From NCBI RefSeq assembly GCF_014672695.1, contig NZ_CP053923.1, positions 951,827 to 970,073 on the forward strand: DNA of 18,247 nucleotides, given 5' to 3'. The translations under genes were made by a program, and so were the position numbers. The notes under the pieces were generated by a model that saw only the letters and a program-made list of their open reading frames with translations, had not been told where the DNA came from and ran no database searches. Positions 5,934 through 14,191 of the stretch are shown one piece after another. Source of the DNA: Defluviicoccus vanus. Lineage in GTDB: Bacteria > Pseudomonadota > Alphaproteobacteria > Rhodospirillales > Defluviicoccaceae. How positions within the stretch are numbered: the stretch's first letter is position 1; each line of letters opens with the position of its first letter.

Positions 5934-8900
5934 CTACCCCTTCACCGCCCCCTTCCCCTTCGCGATCTTTGCCAGTTCGCCGACCAGGGCGCGGACGCCG
6001 ACCAGCCGGTCCTTCGACGTCTCCCAGTCGCGGCGGAAGACCAGTTTCTGGTCGGGGCGAAGTTTGCAGGTGTTGGCTTGGCGGCTGATGAACCGGACCA
6101 GTCCCGCAGGATCGGCGAACAGGTTGTTGCGGAAGGCGATCACCGCCCCCTTCGGTCCGGCGTCGATCTTCTCGATCCCTGCCTCGCGGCAGTAGCGCTT
6201 GATCGCCACCACCTGCAGCAGGTTGTTCACCTCGTCCGGCAGCGGGCCGAAGCGGTCGATCAGCTCCGCGGCAAAGCCCTCAAGCTCCGCGCGGCTGCCC
6301 ACGTCGGCTAGTCGGCGGTAGAGGCCGAGCCTGAGCCCCAGGTCGGGGACGTATGGTTCGGGGATCAGCACGCTTAGCCCGAGCGCGATCTGCGGACTCC
6401 ACTCCTCGCTCCCCGCCTCGGTATCGCCGCGCGCCGTCGCCACCGCCTCCTCCAGCATCTGCTGGTAGAGCTCGATGCCCACCTCGCGGATGTGCCCCGA
6501 CTGCTCGTCGCCCAACAGGTTGCCGGCGCCGCGGATGTCGAGGTCATGGCTGGCGAGGGTGAAACCGGCGCCCAGCGCATCCAGCGCCTGCATCACCGAC
6601 AGCCGCTTCTCCGCCGCCGGCGTCAGCTTCTTGCGCGGCGGCAGCGTCAGGTAGGCGTAGGCACGCAGCTTGCCCCGCCCCACCCGGCCGCGCAGCTGAT
6701 AGAGCTGCGCCAAGCCGAACATGTCGGCACGATGGATGACGATGGTGTTGACCGTCGGCAGGTCGAGGCCGGACTCGATGATGTTGGTGGACAACAGCAC
6801 GTTGTAGCCGCCCTCGTAGAAGGCGCCGACGGCGGCCTCCAGGTCCTTCACCGACATCCGGCCGTGGGCGCGCACCACCGTCACCTCCGGGACCAGCGCC
6901 GTCAGCATCGTCGTCAACTCGTCCAGGTCCTCGATCCGTGGGCAGACGTAAAAGGTCTGACCGCCGCGCAGCAGGTGCTCGCGCAGGATCGCTTCGCGGA
7001 TCACCACCGGATCGAACTCGCTGACGAAGGTGCGCACGGCGAGACGGTCCACCGGCGGCGTGGTGATCAGGCTGAGCTCGCGCACCCCGGACAGCGCCAT
7101 CTGCAAGGTGCGCGGGATCGGCGTCGCGGTGAGGGTGAGGACGTGGACGTCGGCCTTGAGCTTTTTGAGCTGCTCCTTGTGGGCGACGCCGAAGTGTTGC
7201 TCCTCGTCGATGATCAGCAGGCCCAGATCGCGAAAGCGCACATCCTTGGCCAGCAGCGCGTGCGTGCCGACGACGATATCCACCGTCCCCTCCGCCAGCT
7301 CCTTTTTCACCGCCTTGGCGGCGGCGGTGGAAACAAACCGCGACAGCTCAGCGATGCGCACCGGAAAGCCACGGAAGCGCTCGCTGAAGGTGCGGTGATG
7401 CTGGCGACAAAGCAGCGTCGTCGGGACGACCACCGCCACCTGGCGGCCTTCCAGGGCCACCACGAAGGCCGCCCGCAATGCCACCTCGGTCTTGCCAAAG
7501 CCCACGTCGCCGCACACGAGGCGGTCGGTCGGCCGGCCGCTGCCGAGATCGGCGACCACGTCTTCGATCGTCTTCAACTGGTCGTCGGTCTCGGTGAAGG
7601 GAAAGCGGGCGCAGAACTCGTCGAAGGGTCCCGACAGCGGTGCCGCCGCGGGCGCCTCCTTCAGTGCCCGGGCAGCGGCAACGCGGATCAGTTCATCGGC
7701 GATCAGGCGGATGCGCTGCTTCATCCGCGCCTTGCGCGCCTGCCAGGCGCCGCCACCCAGCTTGTCGAGGGCGACACCGTCGCCGTCGGAGCCGTAGCGG
7801 CTGATCATCTCGATGTTCTCCACCGGCAGGTAGAGCTTGTCGTTGCCGGCGTAGATGAGCCTGAGGCAGTCGTGCGGTGCACCGCCCACCGCCAGCGTCT
7901 CCAGACCTTCGTAGCGACCGATGCCGTGGTCCACGTGCACCACCAGATCACCCTGAGAGAGTGAGGTCGCCTCGGTGAGGAAATGCTCCGGTTTCGCCCG
8001 CCGGGCGCCACGCCGCACCAGCCGGTCGCCGAGAATATCCTCCTCGGTAATCACCGTCAGATCGGTGGCGACGAAGCCGCGCTCCAGCGGCAGCATGGCG
8101 AAGGCCACCTGCTTCACCGCCAGCTTTTCCGCCTCAGCCCAACCGGCAACGCTGCAGGTGCCGCGCAGACCGTGTTCGGTCAGCAGCGCGAGCAGGCGTT
8201 CACGCGAGCCGCGGCTGACGGCGGCGACCAGGACCCGCCGGCCAGCCTGCTGATGCTCGCGGATACGCTGGATGACCGCTTCGAAGACATTGCTGTCCGG
8301 GCGCTTGCGAGCTTCAGCGAAATCGAGGCCGGAGCGGCCGCCGGCGTCCCACACCCGCCGCTCGGCCTCCGGCATGGCGAAGGGCGACAGCACGGTGACC
8401 ATCCGTTGCGCCAGCGCCGCATCAAGGCCGTCGCGATCGAGAAACAGGCTTTCGGGCGACACCGGGTAGTAGGGTGCGGCGCCGGCAGCGAACCGGCCGG
8501 CATCGATCGTCCGTCGTGCCTGATAATAGTCGGCAACCGCTTCCAGCCGGGTAGCGACTGCGTCCTCCACTTGATGATCGACCACCACCGACGCTGCCGG
8601 CAGATAATCGAACACCGTCTCCAGCCGTTCATGAAACAGCGGCAGCCAATGCTCCATGCCGCTGTGGCGATGCCCGGCGGAAACGGCAGTATACAGCGGA
8701 TCGTCGGCGACGGCGGTGCCCGCCAGCAGCCGATAGCCGGCGCGGAAGCGACGAATGCTGGCCGGATCGAGCCGCACCTCGCTCACCGGCCGCAGGTCCA
8801 CTGCCTCCACCTTCCCCGTCGTCCGCTGGCTGGTCAGATCGAAGGTGCGCAGGCTCTCCACCTCATCGCCGAATAGGTCGATCCGCACCGGCTCGGTCCG

Positions 8901-9431
8901 GCCGCTGGGGAAGACATCGACGATGCCGCCGCGGACGGCGCACTCTCCCGCCTCGCTCACCGTCTCCACCCGCACGTAGCCGTTCGCCTGCAGGAAGGTG
9001 ATGAGGTCTTCGAGGTTGATCGGATCCCCGCGGCTGACGACGAAGCTGGACAAGGCCCAGATGTCGCGCGGTGGCACCCGCTGAAGCACGGCGGCGACCG
9101 TCGTCAGGACGATCCGCGGCCGGTCGGGCTTCGCCTTCGCCGCCAAGCTCGCCAGCGCATCCACCCGGCGGCTGACGATCTCCGGATGCGGAGAGGCCCG
9201 ATCGTAGGGCAGGCAGTCCCAGGCGGGCAGTTCGATCCGCTCCACGTCCGGCGCGAAGAAATCGAGACCTTCGGCCAGGCGCACCAGGCGCACGTCGTCG
9301 CGGGCGATCAGCAGGGCGCCGGCAGGCGACAGCCGGGCGAGCTGGCCGATGATCCGTGCATCATGCCCCGCAGGCGCACCGGCGATGAGCGCGCGGCCGC
9401 CCTGGGCAACAAGGTCAGCGAGGGTCGTCAA
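5934..9431 (-). CDS. mfd: Transcription-repair coupling factor Mfd (1165 aa)
   Basis: Superfamily-2 helicase motifs are CGDVGFGKTEVA, LLIIDEEQHFGV, LTLTATPIPRTL and QLYQLRGRVGRG. The length, the UvrB-homology-like N-terminal region and the C-terminal domain all fit Mfd. The start is TTG at 9431, 4 nt after the stop of the upstream DUF339 gene, so the two may be translationally coupled. Confidence 0.97.
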   Translation of the reverse strand: MTTLADLVAQGGRALIAGAPAGHDARIIGQLARLSPAGALLIARDDVRLVRLAEGLDFFAPDVERIELPAWDCLPYDRASPHPEIVSRRVDALASLAAKAKPDRPRIVLTTVAAVLQRVPPRDIWALSSFVVSRGDPINLEDLITFLQANGYVRVETVSEAGECAVRGGIVDVFPSGRTEPVRIDLFGDEVESLRTFDLTSQRTTGKVEAVDLRPVSEVRLDPASIRRFRAGYRLLAGTAVADDPLYTAVSAGHRHSGMEHWLPLFHERLETVFDYLPAASVVVDHQVEDAVATRLEAVADYYQARRTIDAGRFAAGAAPYYPVSPESLFLDRDGLDAALAQRMVTVLSPFAMPEAERRVWDAGGRSGLDFAEARKRPDSNVFEAVIQRIREHQQAGRRVLVAAVSRGSRERLLALLTEHGLRGTCSVAGWAEAEKLAVKQVAFAMLPLERGFVATDLTVITEEDILGDRLVRRGARRAKPEHFLTEATSLSQGDLVVHVDHGIGRYEGLETLAVGGAPHDCLRLIYAGNDKLYLPVENIEMISRYGSDGDGVALDKLGGGAWQARKARMKQRIRLIADELIRVAAARALKEAPAAAPLSGPFDEFCARFPFTETDDQLKTIEDVVADLGSGRPTDRLVCGDVGFGKTEVALRAAFVVALEGRQVAVVVPTTLLCRQHHRTFSERFRGFPVRIAELSRFVSTAAAKAVKKELAEGTVDIVVGTHALLAKDVRFRDLGLLIIDEEQHFGVAHKEQLKKLKADVHVLTLTATPIPRTLQMALSGVRELSLITTPPVDRLAVRTFVSEFDPVVIREAILREHLLRGGQTFYVCPRIEDLDELTTMLTALVPEVTVVRAHGRMSVKDLEAAVGAFYEGGYNVLLSTNIIESGLDLPTVNTIVIHRADMFGLAQLYQLRGRVGRGKLRAYAYLTLPPRKKLTPAAEKRLSVMQALDALGAGFTLASHDLDIRGAGNLLGDEQSGHIREVGIELYQQMLEEAVATARGDTEAGSEEWSPQIALGLSVLIPEPYVPDLGLRLGLYRRLADVGSRAELEGFAAELIDRFGPLPDEVNNLLQVVAIKRYCREAGIEKIDAGPKGAVIAFRNNLFADPAGLVRFISRQANTCKLRPDQKLVFRRDWETSKDRLVGVRALVGELAKIAKGKGAVKG

Positions 9432-9435
9432 TGAC

Positions 9436-9702
9436 TTACGGGATATACTGGAAGTTGAGCAGCCGCTGCATGACCGGATGTTCGAGCTCGGGCGGGTAGG
9501 GTGTCTTGCCGGTCATCCAGGCGTTGAGGTCGATGTCGTTGTGGTCCATCAACAGCCGCTCCAACCACTCCACCTCTGCGTCGGACAAGGACGGCAGATG
9601 CCGGTCGACAAACGCCCCGAACAGGATATCGTTTTCCTTCATCCCCGTATGGTGGCTGCGAAACACCACGCGCTTGCGGCGTGTTTCGGCGGTATCAACC
9701 AT
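9436..9702 (-). CDS. sdhE: Succinate dehydrogenase assembly factor 2 / SdhE-like (DUF339) protein (88 aa)
   Basis: These are the last 88 codons of listed ORF 9436..10980. ATG at 9702..9700 is preceded by gaggagagagaga. The product, MVDTAETRRKRVVFRSHHTGMKENDILFGAFVDRHLPSLSDAEVEWLERLLMDHNDIDLNAWMTGKTPYPPE, resembles Sdh5/SdhE (compare RGMLENDILL in eukaryotic SDHAF2). As far as I recall, the position between recG and mfd is the usual alphaproteobacterial arrangement. Confidence 0.8.
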   Translation of the reverse strand: MVDTAETRRKRVVFRSHHTGMKENDILFGAFVDRHLPSLSDAEVEWLERLLMDHNDIDLNAWMTGKTPYPPELEHPVMQRLLNFQYIP

Positions 9703-9774
9703 TCTCTCTCTCCTCAAGGCCGGCCGTAGGATATAGAGGCGCCTTACCCCTCTTGTCAGCCGTTTCGACCACGG

Positions 9775-11856
9775 ATGCGCCCGGAAGTTCTCTACCCCCT
9801 TTTTGCCCCTGTGCGCAGCCTGCCAGGGGTCGGAGCTCAACTGGAGACGACGCTGACCCGTCTCGCCGGATCGCGCGTGCTCGATCTCCTGTGGCATCTG
9901 CCGGTGACCATCGTCGAACGACGACGCCTGGCTAGCCTGGCCGACGCCGGCGCCGGCCCCGTCATTCTCTCCCTTCGCATCGACGAGCACGAAGCACCGC
10001 GATCGCCACGGCATCCCTATCGCGTCTGGTGCTCGGACGACAGCGGCAACACCACAGCCCTCGTCTTCTTCCACGCCCGGCCGGACTACCTGCAGCGGGT
10101 GCTGCCTCCGGGCGAGGTTCGCCTCGTCAGCGGCGTTCTCGATCGTTACGGCGAAACGGCGCAGATCACCCACCCCGACTACATCGTCGGCGCGGACGAG
10201 GCGGACTCGATCCCGCAGATCGAGACGATCTATCCGCTTGCCACCGGCCTCAGCGGCAAGGTGCTGCGTCGCCTCGTCGGCGCGGCGCTGCAGCGTGCCC
10301 CCGCGCTCGACGAATGGCTTGATCCGGCGCTCGTCCGCCAGCGCGGCTGGCCCCACTGGCGAGACGCGCTGGCACTGCTGCATGCCCCGGCCGACGCGAC
10401 GGTGCTCGAACCCACCTCGCTGCCGCGCTGCCGCCTCGCCTACGATGAACTGCTGGCCAACCAGCTGGCGCTGGCGGTGATGCGCGGTCATCTGAAGCGG
10501 CAGCCGGGGCGGGCGCTGCGCGGCGACGGCCGGCTGCGCCGCCGCCTGCTTGCCTCCCTGCCCTTCCCGCTCACCGCCGCCCAGACCGCCGCGGCGGCGG
10601 AGATCGACACCGACATGCAGGCGCCAACGCGGATGCTGCGGCTGCTGCAGGGTGACGTGGGCAGTGGCAAGACAGTGGTGGCACTGCTGGCGATGCTGGC
10701 GGCGGTGGAGACCGGTGCCCAGGCAGTCCTGATGGCACCGACGGAACTCCTCGCCCGCCAGCACGGTGAAACCCTTGGCCGCTTTGCCAAGAGCCTCGGC
10801 CTCACCGCCGCGGTGCTCACCGGCCGGGAGAAGGGTGCACCACGCGAGCGGCTGCTGACCGCTCTGGCCGAGGGGACGATCAACATCGTCGTCGGCACCC
10901 ACGCGCTGTTCCAGGAAAGCGTTGCCTTTGCCGATCTGGCGCTGGTGGTGATCGACGAGCAGCACCGCTTCGGTGTCCACCAGCGGCTGAGCCTGGCGGG
11001 CAAGGGTGCCGCCGCCGACGTCCTGGTGATGACCGCCACGCCGATCCCGCGCACCCTGATGCTGGCGGCCTACGGCGATCTCGATGTCTCCCGGCTGGAA
11101 GAAAAGCCGCCCGGCCGCACCCCAATCGTCACCCGCGCTATTCCCCTTGACCGACTAGAGGAGGTGGTCGCCGCTGTCGGCCGTTCGTTGGCCAGGGGTG
11201 ACCGCGTCTACTGGGTCTGCCCTCTGGTCAGTGTGTCCGAGACCCTCGACGTGGCGGCAGCAGAGGAACGTTTTGCCACCCTGCACGAGAGCTTCGGCGA
11301 TCGTGTCGGTCTGCTGCATGGTCGGATGAGTGCGGCTGAGAAGGACAAGACGATGGCCGCCTTCGTCGCCGGCCGGATTGCGGTGCTGGTCGCCACCACG
11401 GTCATCGAGGTGGGCGTCGATGTGCCGGAAGCGACGGTGATGGTCATTGAGCACGCCGAGCGGTTCGGACTTGCCCAACTGCACCAGCTGCGTGGCCGCG
11501 TCGGCCGCGGTGAAGGCCAATCGTCGTGCCTGCTGCTTTACGCGCCGCCGCTCACCGCCACCGCCCACGCCCGCCTCGCCATCCTGCGCGAGACCGACGA
11601 CGGCTTTCGCATCGCCGAGGAAGACCTGCGTCTGCGCGGTGCCGGCGAGCTGCTCGGCGTCCGCCAGAGTGGCCTGCCCACCTTCCGCGTCGCCGATCTG
11701 GCAGCGCACGCCGACCTGCTACCGATTGCCCGCGACGATGTGCAGCTGATCCTCGGCCGCGACCCGGACCTGGAGAGCCCGCGCGGGCGGGCGCTACGTA
11801 CCCTGCTCTACCTGTTCGAACGCGATGCTGCCGTCGGCTATCTGCGCTCTGGCTGA
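9775..11856 (+). CDS. recG: ATP-dependent DNA helicase RecG (693 aa)
   Basis: Helicase motifs are QGDVGSGKTVVA, VVIDEQHRFGV, VMTATPIPRTL and QLHQLRGRVGRG. An N-terminal wedge/OB-like region is present. The gene is divergent from sdhE across a 72-bp spacer. Confidence 0.97.
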   Translation: MRPEVLYPLFAPVRSLPGVGAQLETTLTRLAGSRVLDLLWHLPVTIVERRRLASLADAGAGPVILSLRIDEHEAPRSPRHPYRVWCSDDSGNTTALVFFHARPDYLQRVLPPGEVRLVSGVLDRYGETAQITHPDYIVGADEADSIPQIETIYPLATGLSGKVLRRLVGAALQRAPALDEWLDPALVRQRGWPHWRDALALLHAPADATVLEPTSLPRCRLAYDELLANQLALAVMRGHLKRQPGRALRGDGRLRRRLLASLPFPLTAAQTAAAAEIDTDMQAPTRMLRLLQGDVGSGKTVVALLAMLAAVETGAQAVLMAPTELLARQHGETLGRFAKSLGLTAAVLTGREKGAPRERLLTALAEGTINIVVGTHALFQESVAFADLALVVIDEQHRFGVHQRLSLAGKGAAADVLVMTATPIPRTLMLAAYGDLDVSRLEEKPPGRTPIVTRAIPLDRLEEVVAAVGRSLARGDRVYWVCPLVSVSETLDVAAAEERFATLHESFGDRVGLLHGRMSAAEKDKTMAAFVAGRIAVLVATTVIEVGVDVPEATVMVIEHAERFGLAQLHQLRGRVGRGEGQSSCLLLYAPPLTATAHARLAILRETDDGFRIAEEDLRLRGAGELLGVRQSGLPTFRVADLAAHADLLPIARDDVQLILGRDPDLESPRGRALRTLLYLFERDAAVGYLRSG

Positions 11857-11940
11857 CCCGGACCTGGATTTCCCTGTCGAGAGCAGGTAGACCGCGCGCG
11901 TGGTTTCCTGTGAGGCAGCACAAGGGACAGAGCAGCAGCG

Positions 11941-12918
11941 ATGGGCGTCGAACTGAACGACAATCGCGGGCTGATTTGCGGGTTCGCGCTGCAGCCCGAT
12001 GCGAGTGCCACGCCCCTGGACGCCGCGGCGATCGATCGCTTGGCGCCTTCGCCCGCCAACCCGGTCTGGTTGCACTTCAATTACAATGACGGGCGTGCCC
12101 GCGACTGGATCGCCAACTGTCCCTGGATCGCCGAAGAAGGGCGCGAGGCGCTGCTCGTTGCCGACCACAGCATCCGCTTCGAGACCGCCGGCAGCGGAAT
12201 CTTCATCGTCCTTGGCGAAGCGTACGCCGATGATCGCGAAAGCTTCGGCGTCTTCAATGTCTATCTGGACCGCCACTGCATGGTGACCACGCGGCGTCAC
12301 CAGTTGACCGCCATCGGCAAGCTGCGCAACGATCTGGCGCAGGGGTTGGCCCTCAGTAACACCACCGCCCTCTTCCTGCGCCTTCTCGAGCACAAGGCAG
12401 CCACCTTCGCGAAGTCAACGCAGGACTGCATCGAGGCTCTCGACGATTTCGAAGAACTGGTGTTTTCCGGCCACTTCCGCCGGGCCAGCAATCTAGGACG
12501 GGAGCGCCAGCTGATGGCGCGCGTGCGTCGCCAGCGGGCTGGCAACCGTCAGGCGATGGGCGAGATGCTGGAGCACCCGCCCACCTGGTGGGACGAGGAG
12601 GCAACGATGGATCTGCGTCGCGCCATTGCCCGCCTGACCTCCACCGCCCAGGATCTCGACCTCGCCGCCGACCGCGCCCGGCTGCTCAGCGAGGAAATCG
12701 ACAGCCGGATGAACGAGGCGACCAACCGTAACCTTTATTTCGTCTCCGTGCTTGCCGCCGTATTCCTGCCGATCACGCTGATCTCAGGCGTCTTCGGCAT
12801 GAACGTCGGCGGCCTGCCCTGGGTCGAGGATCCGTACGGCTTCTTCTGGACCATGCTGCTGATGGCGGGCGCGATCCTGACGGTGCTATGGTTCCTGCGC
12901 CGGCGCGGCATTTTCTGA
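11941..12918 (+). CDS. zntB: CorA-superfamily divalent cation transporter, ZntB-like (325 aa)
   Basis: The C-terminus, YFVSVLAAVFLPITLISGVFGMNVGGLPW...FFWTMLLMAGAILTVLWFL, has two transmembrane helices with the GMN signature between them. The N-terminal soluble domain is of ZntB-like length. Confidence 0.8.
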   Translation: MGVELNDNRGLICGFALQPDASATPLDAAAIDRLAPSPANPVWLHFNYNDGRARDWIANCPWIAEEGREALLVADHSIRFETAGSGIFIVLGEAYADDRESFGVFNVYLDRHCMVTTRRHQLTAIGKLRNDLAQGLALSNTTALFLRLLEHKAATFAKSTQDCIEALDDFEELVFSGHFRRASNLGRERQLMARVRRQRAGNRQAMGEMLEHPPTWWDEEATMDLRRAIARLTSTAQDLDLAADRARLLSEEIDSRMNEATNRNLYFVSVLAAVFLPITLISGVFGMNVGGLPWVEDPYGFFWTMLLMAGAILTVLWFLRRRGIF

Positions 12919-12964
12919 CCCACGGCCCGGAAGGCATCCAGGCACCCTGGGCAGACGGCCAATG

Positions 12965-13708
12965 TTACATGAAGACGACTTTACCGGTGTGAACGTCATA
13001 CATCGCTCCGGCGATGGCGATCTTTCCCTGCTCGGCCATCTCGCGCAGAATGGCGCTGCGCTGGCGGATGCGCTCCATCGTCAAGACCACGTTCTTGTCG
13101 GCGACCGCCTGGACAAACGCATGATTGCTGGACGTCCGGTCGGCATCGAAGCCGGAGACCGCCGCCACCGCAGGTTTGATGTTGGCGAGCGTTTGCGTGA
13201 GGTTGCCGAGAACGACATCGTCGCAAGCGCCCATGATCGCGCCGCACTCGGTATGGCCAATGACGAGGACCAGCTTGGCGCCTGCGGCGGCGCATGCAAA
13301 CTCAATGCTGCCGAGGATATCGTCGTTGACAAAGTTGCCAGCGATCCGGGCGCTGAAAATATCGCCGATGCCCTGGTCGAAGATCAGTTCATTGGAGGCG
13401 CGGGAGTCGATGCAGCCGACGATCGCCGCAAACGGAAACTGACCGCCGCCCGTGGCCTTGACCTGCTGCATCAGGTCGCGGCGCAGCATTTTGCCGGCGA
13501 CGAAGCGCTCGTTGCCATCCTTCAACATTTGCAGCGCTTGCTGCGGCGTGATCGCCGCCTGGGTTTGCTGGGTCTGGGTCACCGCTTCCGGTTCGGCAGC
13601 GCCTGCCGGCACCGCCACCGTCGCCAGGCTTGAGGCTGCGCCGGCGGCAAACAGCGTGCTTCCCGCCATCTTCAAGAAGCCGCGACGGTCATGTGCGAGG
13701 TTGTTCAT
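12965..13708 (-). CDS. Beta-class carbonic anhydrase with a twin-arginine (Tat) signal peptide (247 aa)
   Basis: The N-terminus MNNLAHDRRGFLKMAGSTLFAAGAASSLA carries the RRxFLK Tat motif. The zinc-ligand motifs are CIDSR and HTECGA. ggaggg lies upstream of ATG 13708..13706. Confidence 0.9.
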   Translation of the reverse strand: MNNLAHDRRGFLKMAGSTLFAAGAASSLATVAVPAGAAEPEAVTQTQQTQAAITPQQALQMLKDGNERFVAGKMLRRDLMQQVKATGGGQFPFAAIVGCIDSRASNELIFDQGIGDIFSARIAGNFVNDDILGSIEFACAAAGAKLVLVIGHTECGAIMGACDDVVLGNLTQTLANIKPAVAAVSGFDADRTSSNHAFVQAVADKNVVLTMERIRQRSAILREMAEQGKIAIAGAMYDVHTGKVVFM

Positions 13709-13820
13709 TCCGACCCTCCGTTCGAATTGCCCCGCGATTAACCGCAGGAAAAGGCGACATCAATCATCGCGATGACGCCATTTCTTGATAAATCTGTCGT
13801 GTTCGCGGGAGTAATCAGCA

Positions 13821-13836
13821 AACAGGCGCGCCTGTT
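13821..13836. repeat. Perfect 16-bp palindrome AACAGGCGCGCCTGTT in the intergenic region
   Basis: Read directly from the sequence. It lies about 113 bp upstream of the carbonic anhydrase start codon, in the divergent spacer toward the 14192 gene. Its function is unknown; it could be an operator-like site or a small hairpin. Confidence 0.3.
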
Positions 13837-14191
13837 GGGCACTTATGAAAGGATATTACCGTTGGAGTTTGAACTCTAGCCTCGCCTCGCCGTGCTGCCA
13901 ACCCCTATCGTGCGAGCGTCTCAGCTTGCGGAAGGGCCGTGTTTCGCCATAAGGAGACTCGTGGGCGCGCCGATTGCGAACTCGGGTGGTGTGCGTTGTC
14001 GGAGGTTAAGCGGACGCTGCACGGTGGATTGAAGCGAAGCTTGATCAGCATAGTCTTTTCGGGCGACAACGTTCGGGTAGATCGGGCCTTTGACCATTCC
14101 GACCGACGCGCGCTGTCCGGCCGGCGCGATCGCATCGCCGGACAGAATCCAGATCATCGGCCATTTCTCTCGGGACGGGGGTCGTCGAACA

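Noticed and set aside
6492-7964. Long + strand ORF (490 aa) and other ORFs (6078..6311, 7030..7398, 7983..8876, 8180..8632 and similar) inside the mfd region
   Set aside because: They lie antisense or out of frame to a full-length, motif-rich mfd gene. Their products are Arg/Gly/Ala/His-rich with no recognisable motifs. This is typical of stop-codon-poor alternative frames in ~70% GC DNA.
9703-10980. The upstream 426 codons of the 514-aa minus-strand ORF 9436..10980
   Set aside because: Only the last 88 codons (9436..9702) look like a real protein (SdhE-like) with an RBS. The remainder is antisense to recG and of low complexity.
12938-12950. The small palindrome ccagg-cac-cctgg between the convergent zntB-like and carbonic anhydrase genes, as a bidirectional terminator
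   Set aside because: It has only a 5-bp stem and no U-tract on either side, which is insufficient to call a terminator.
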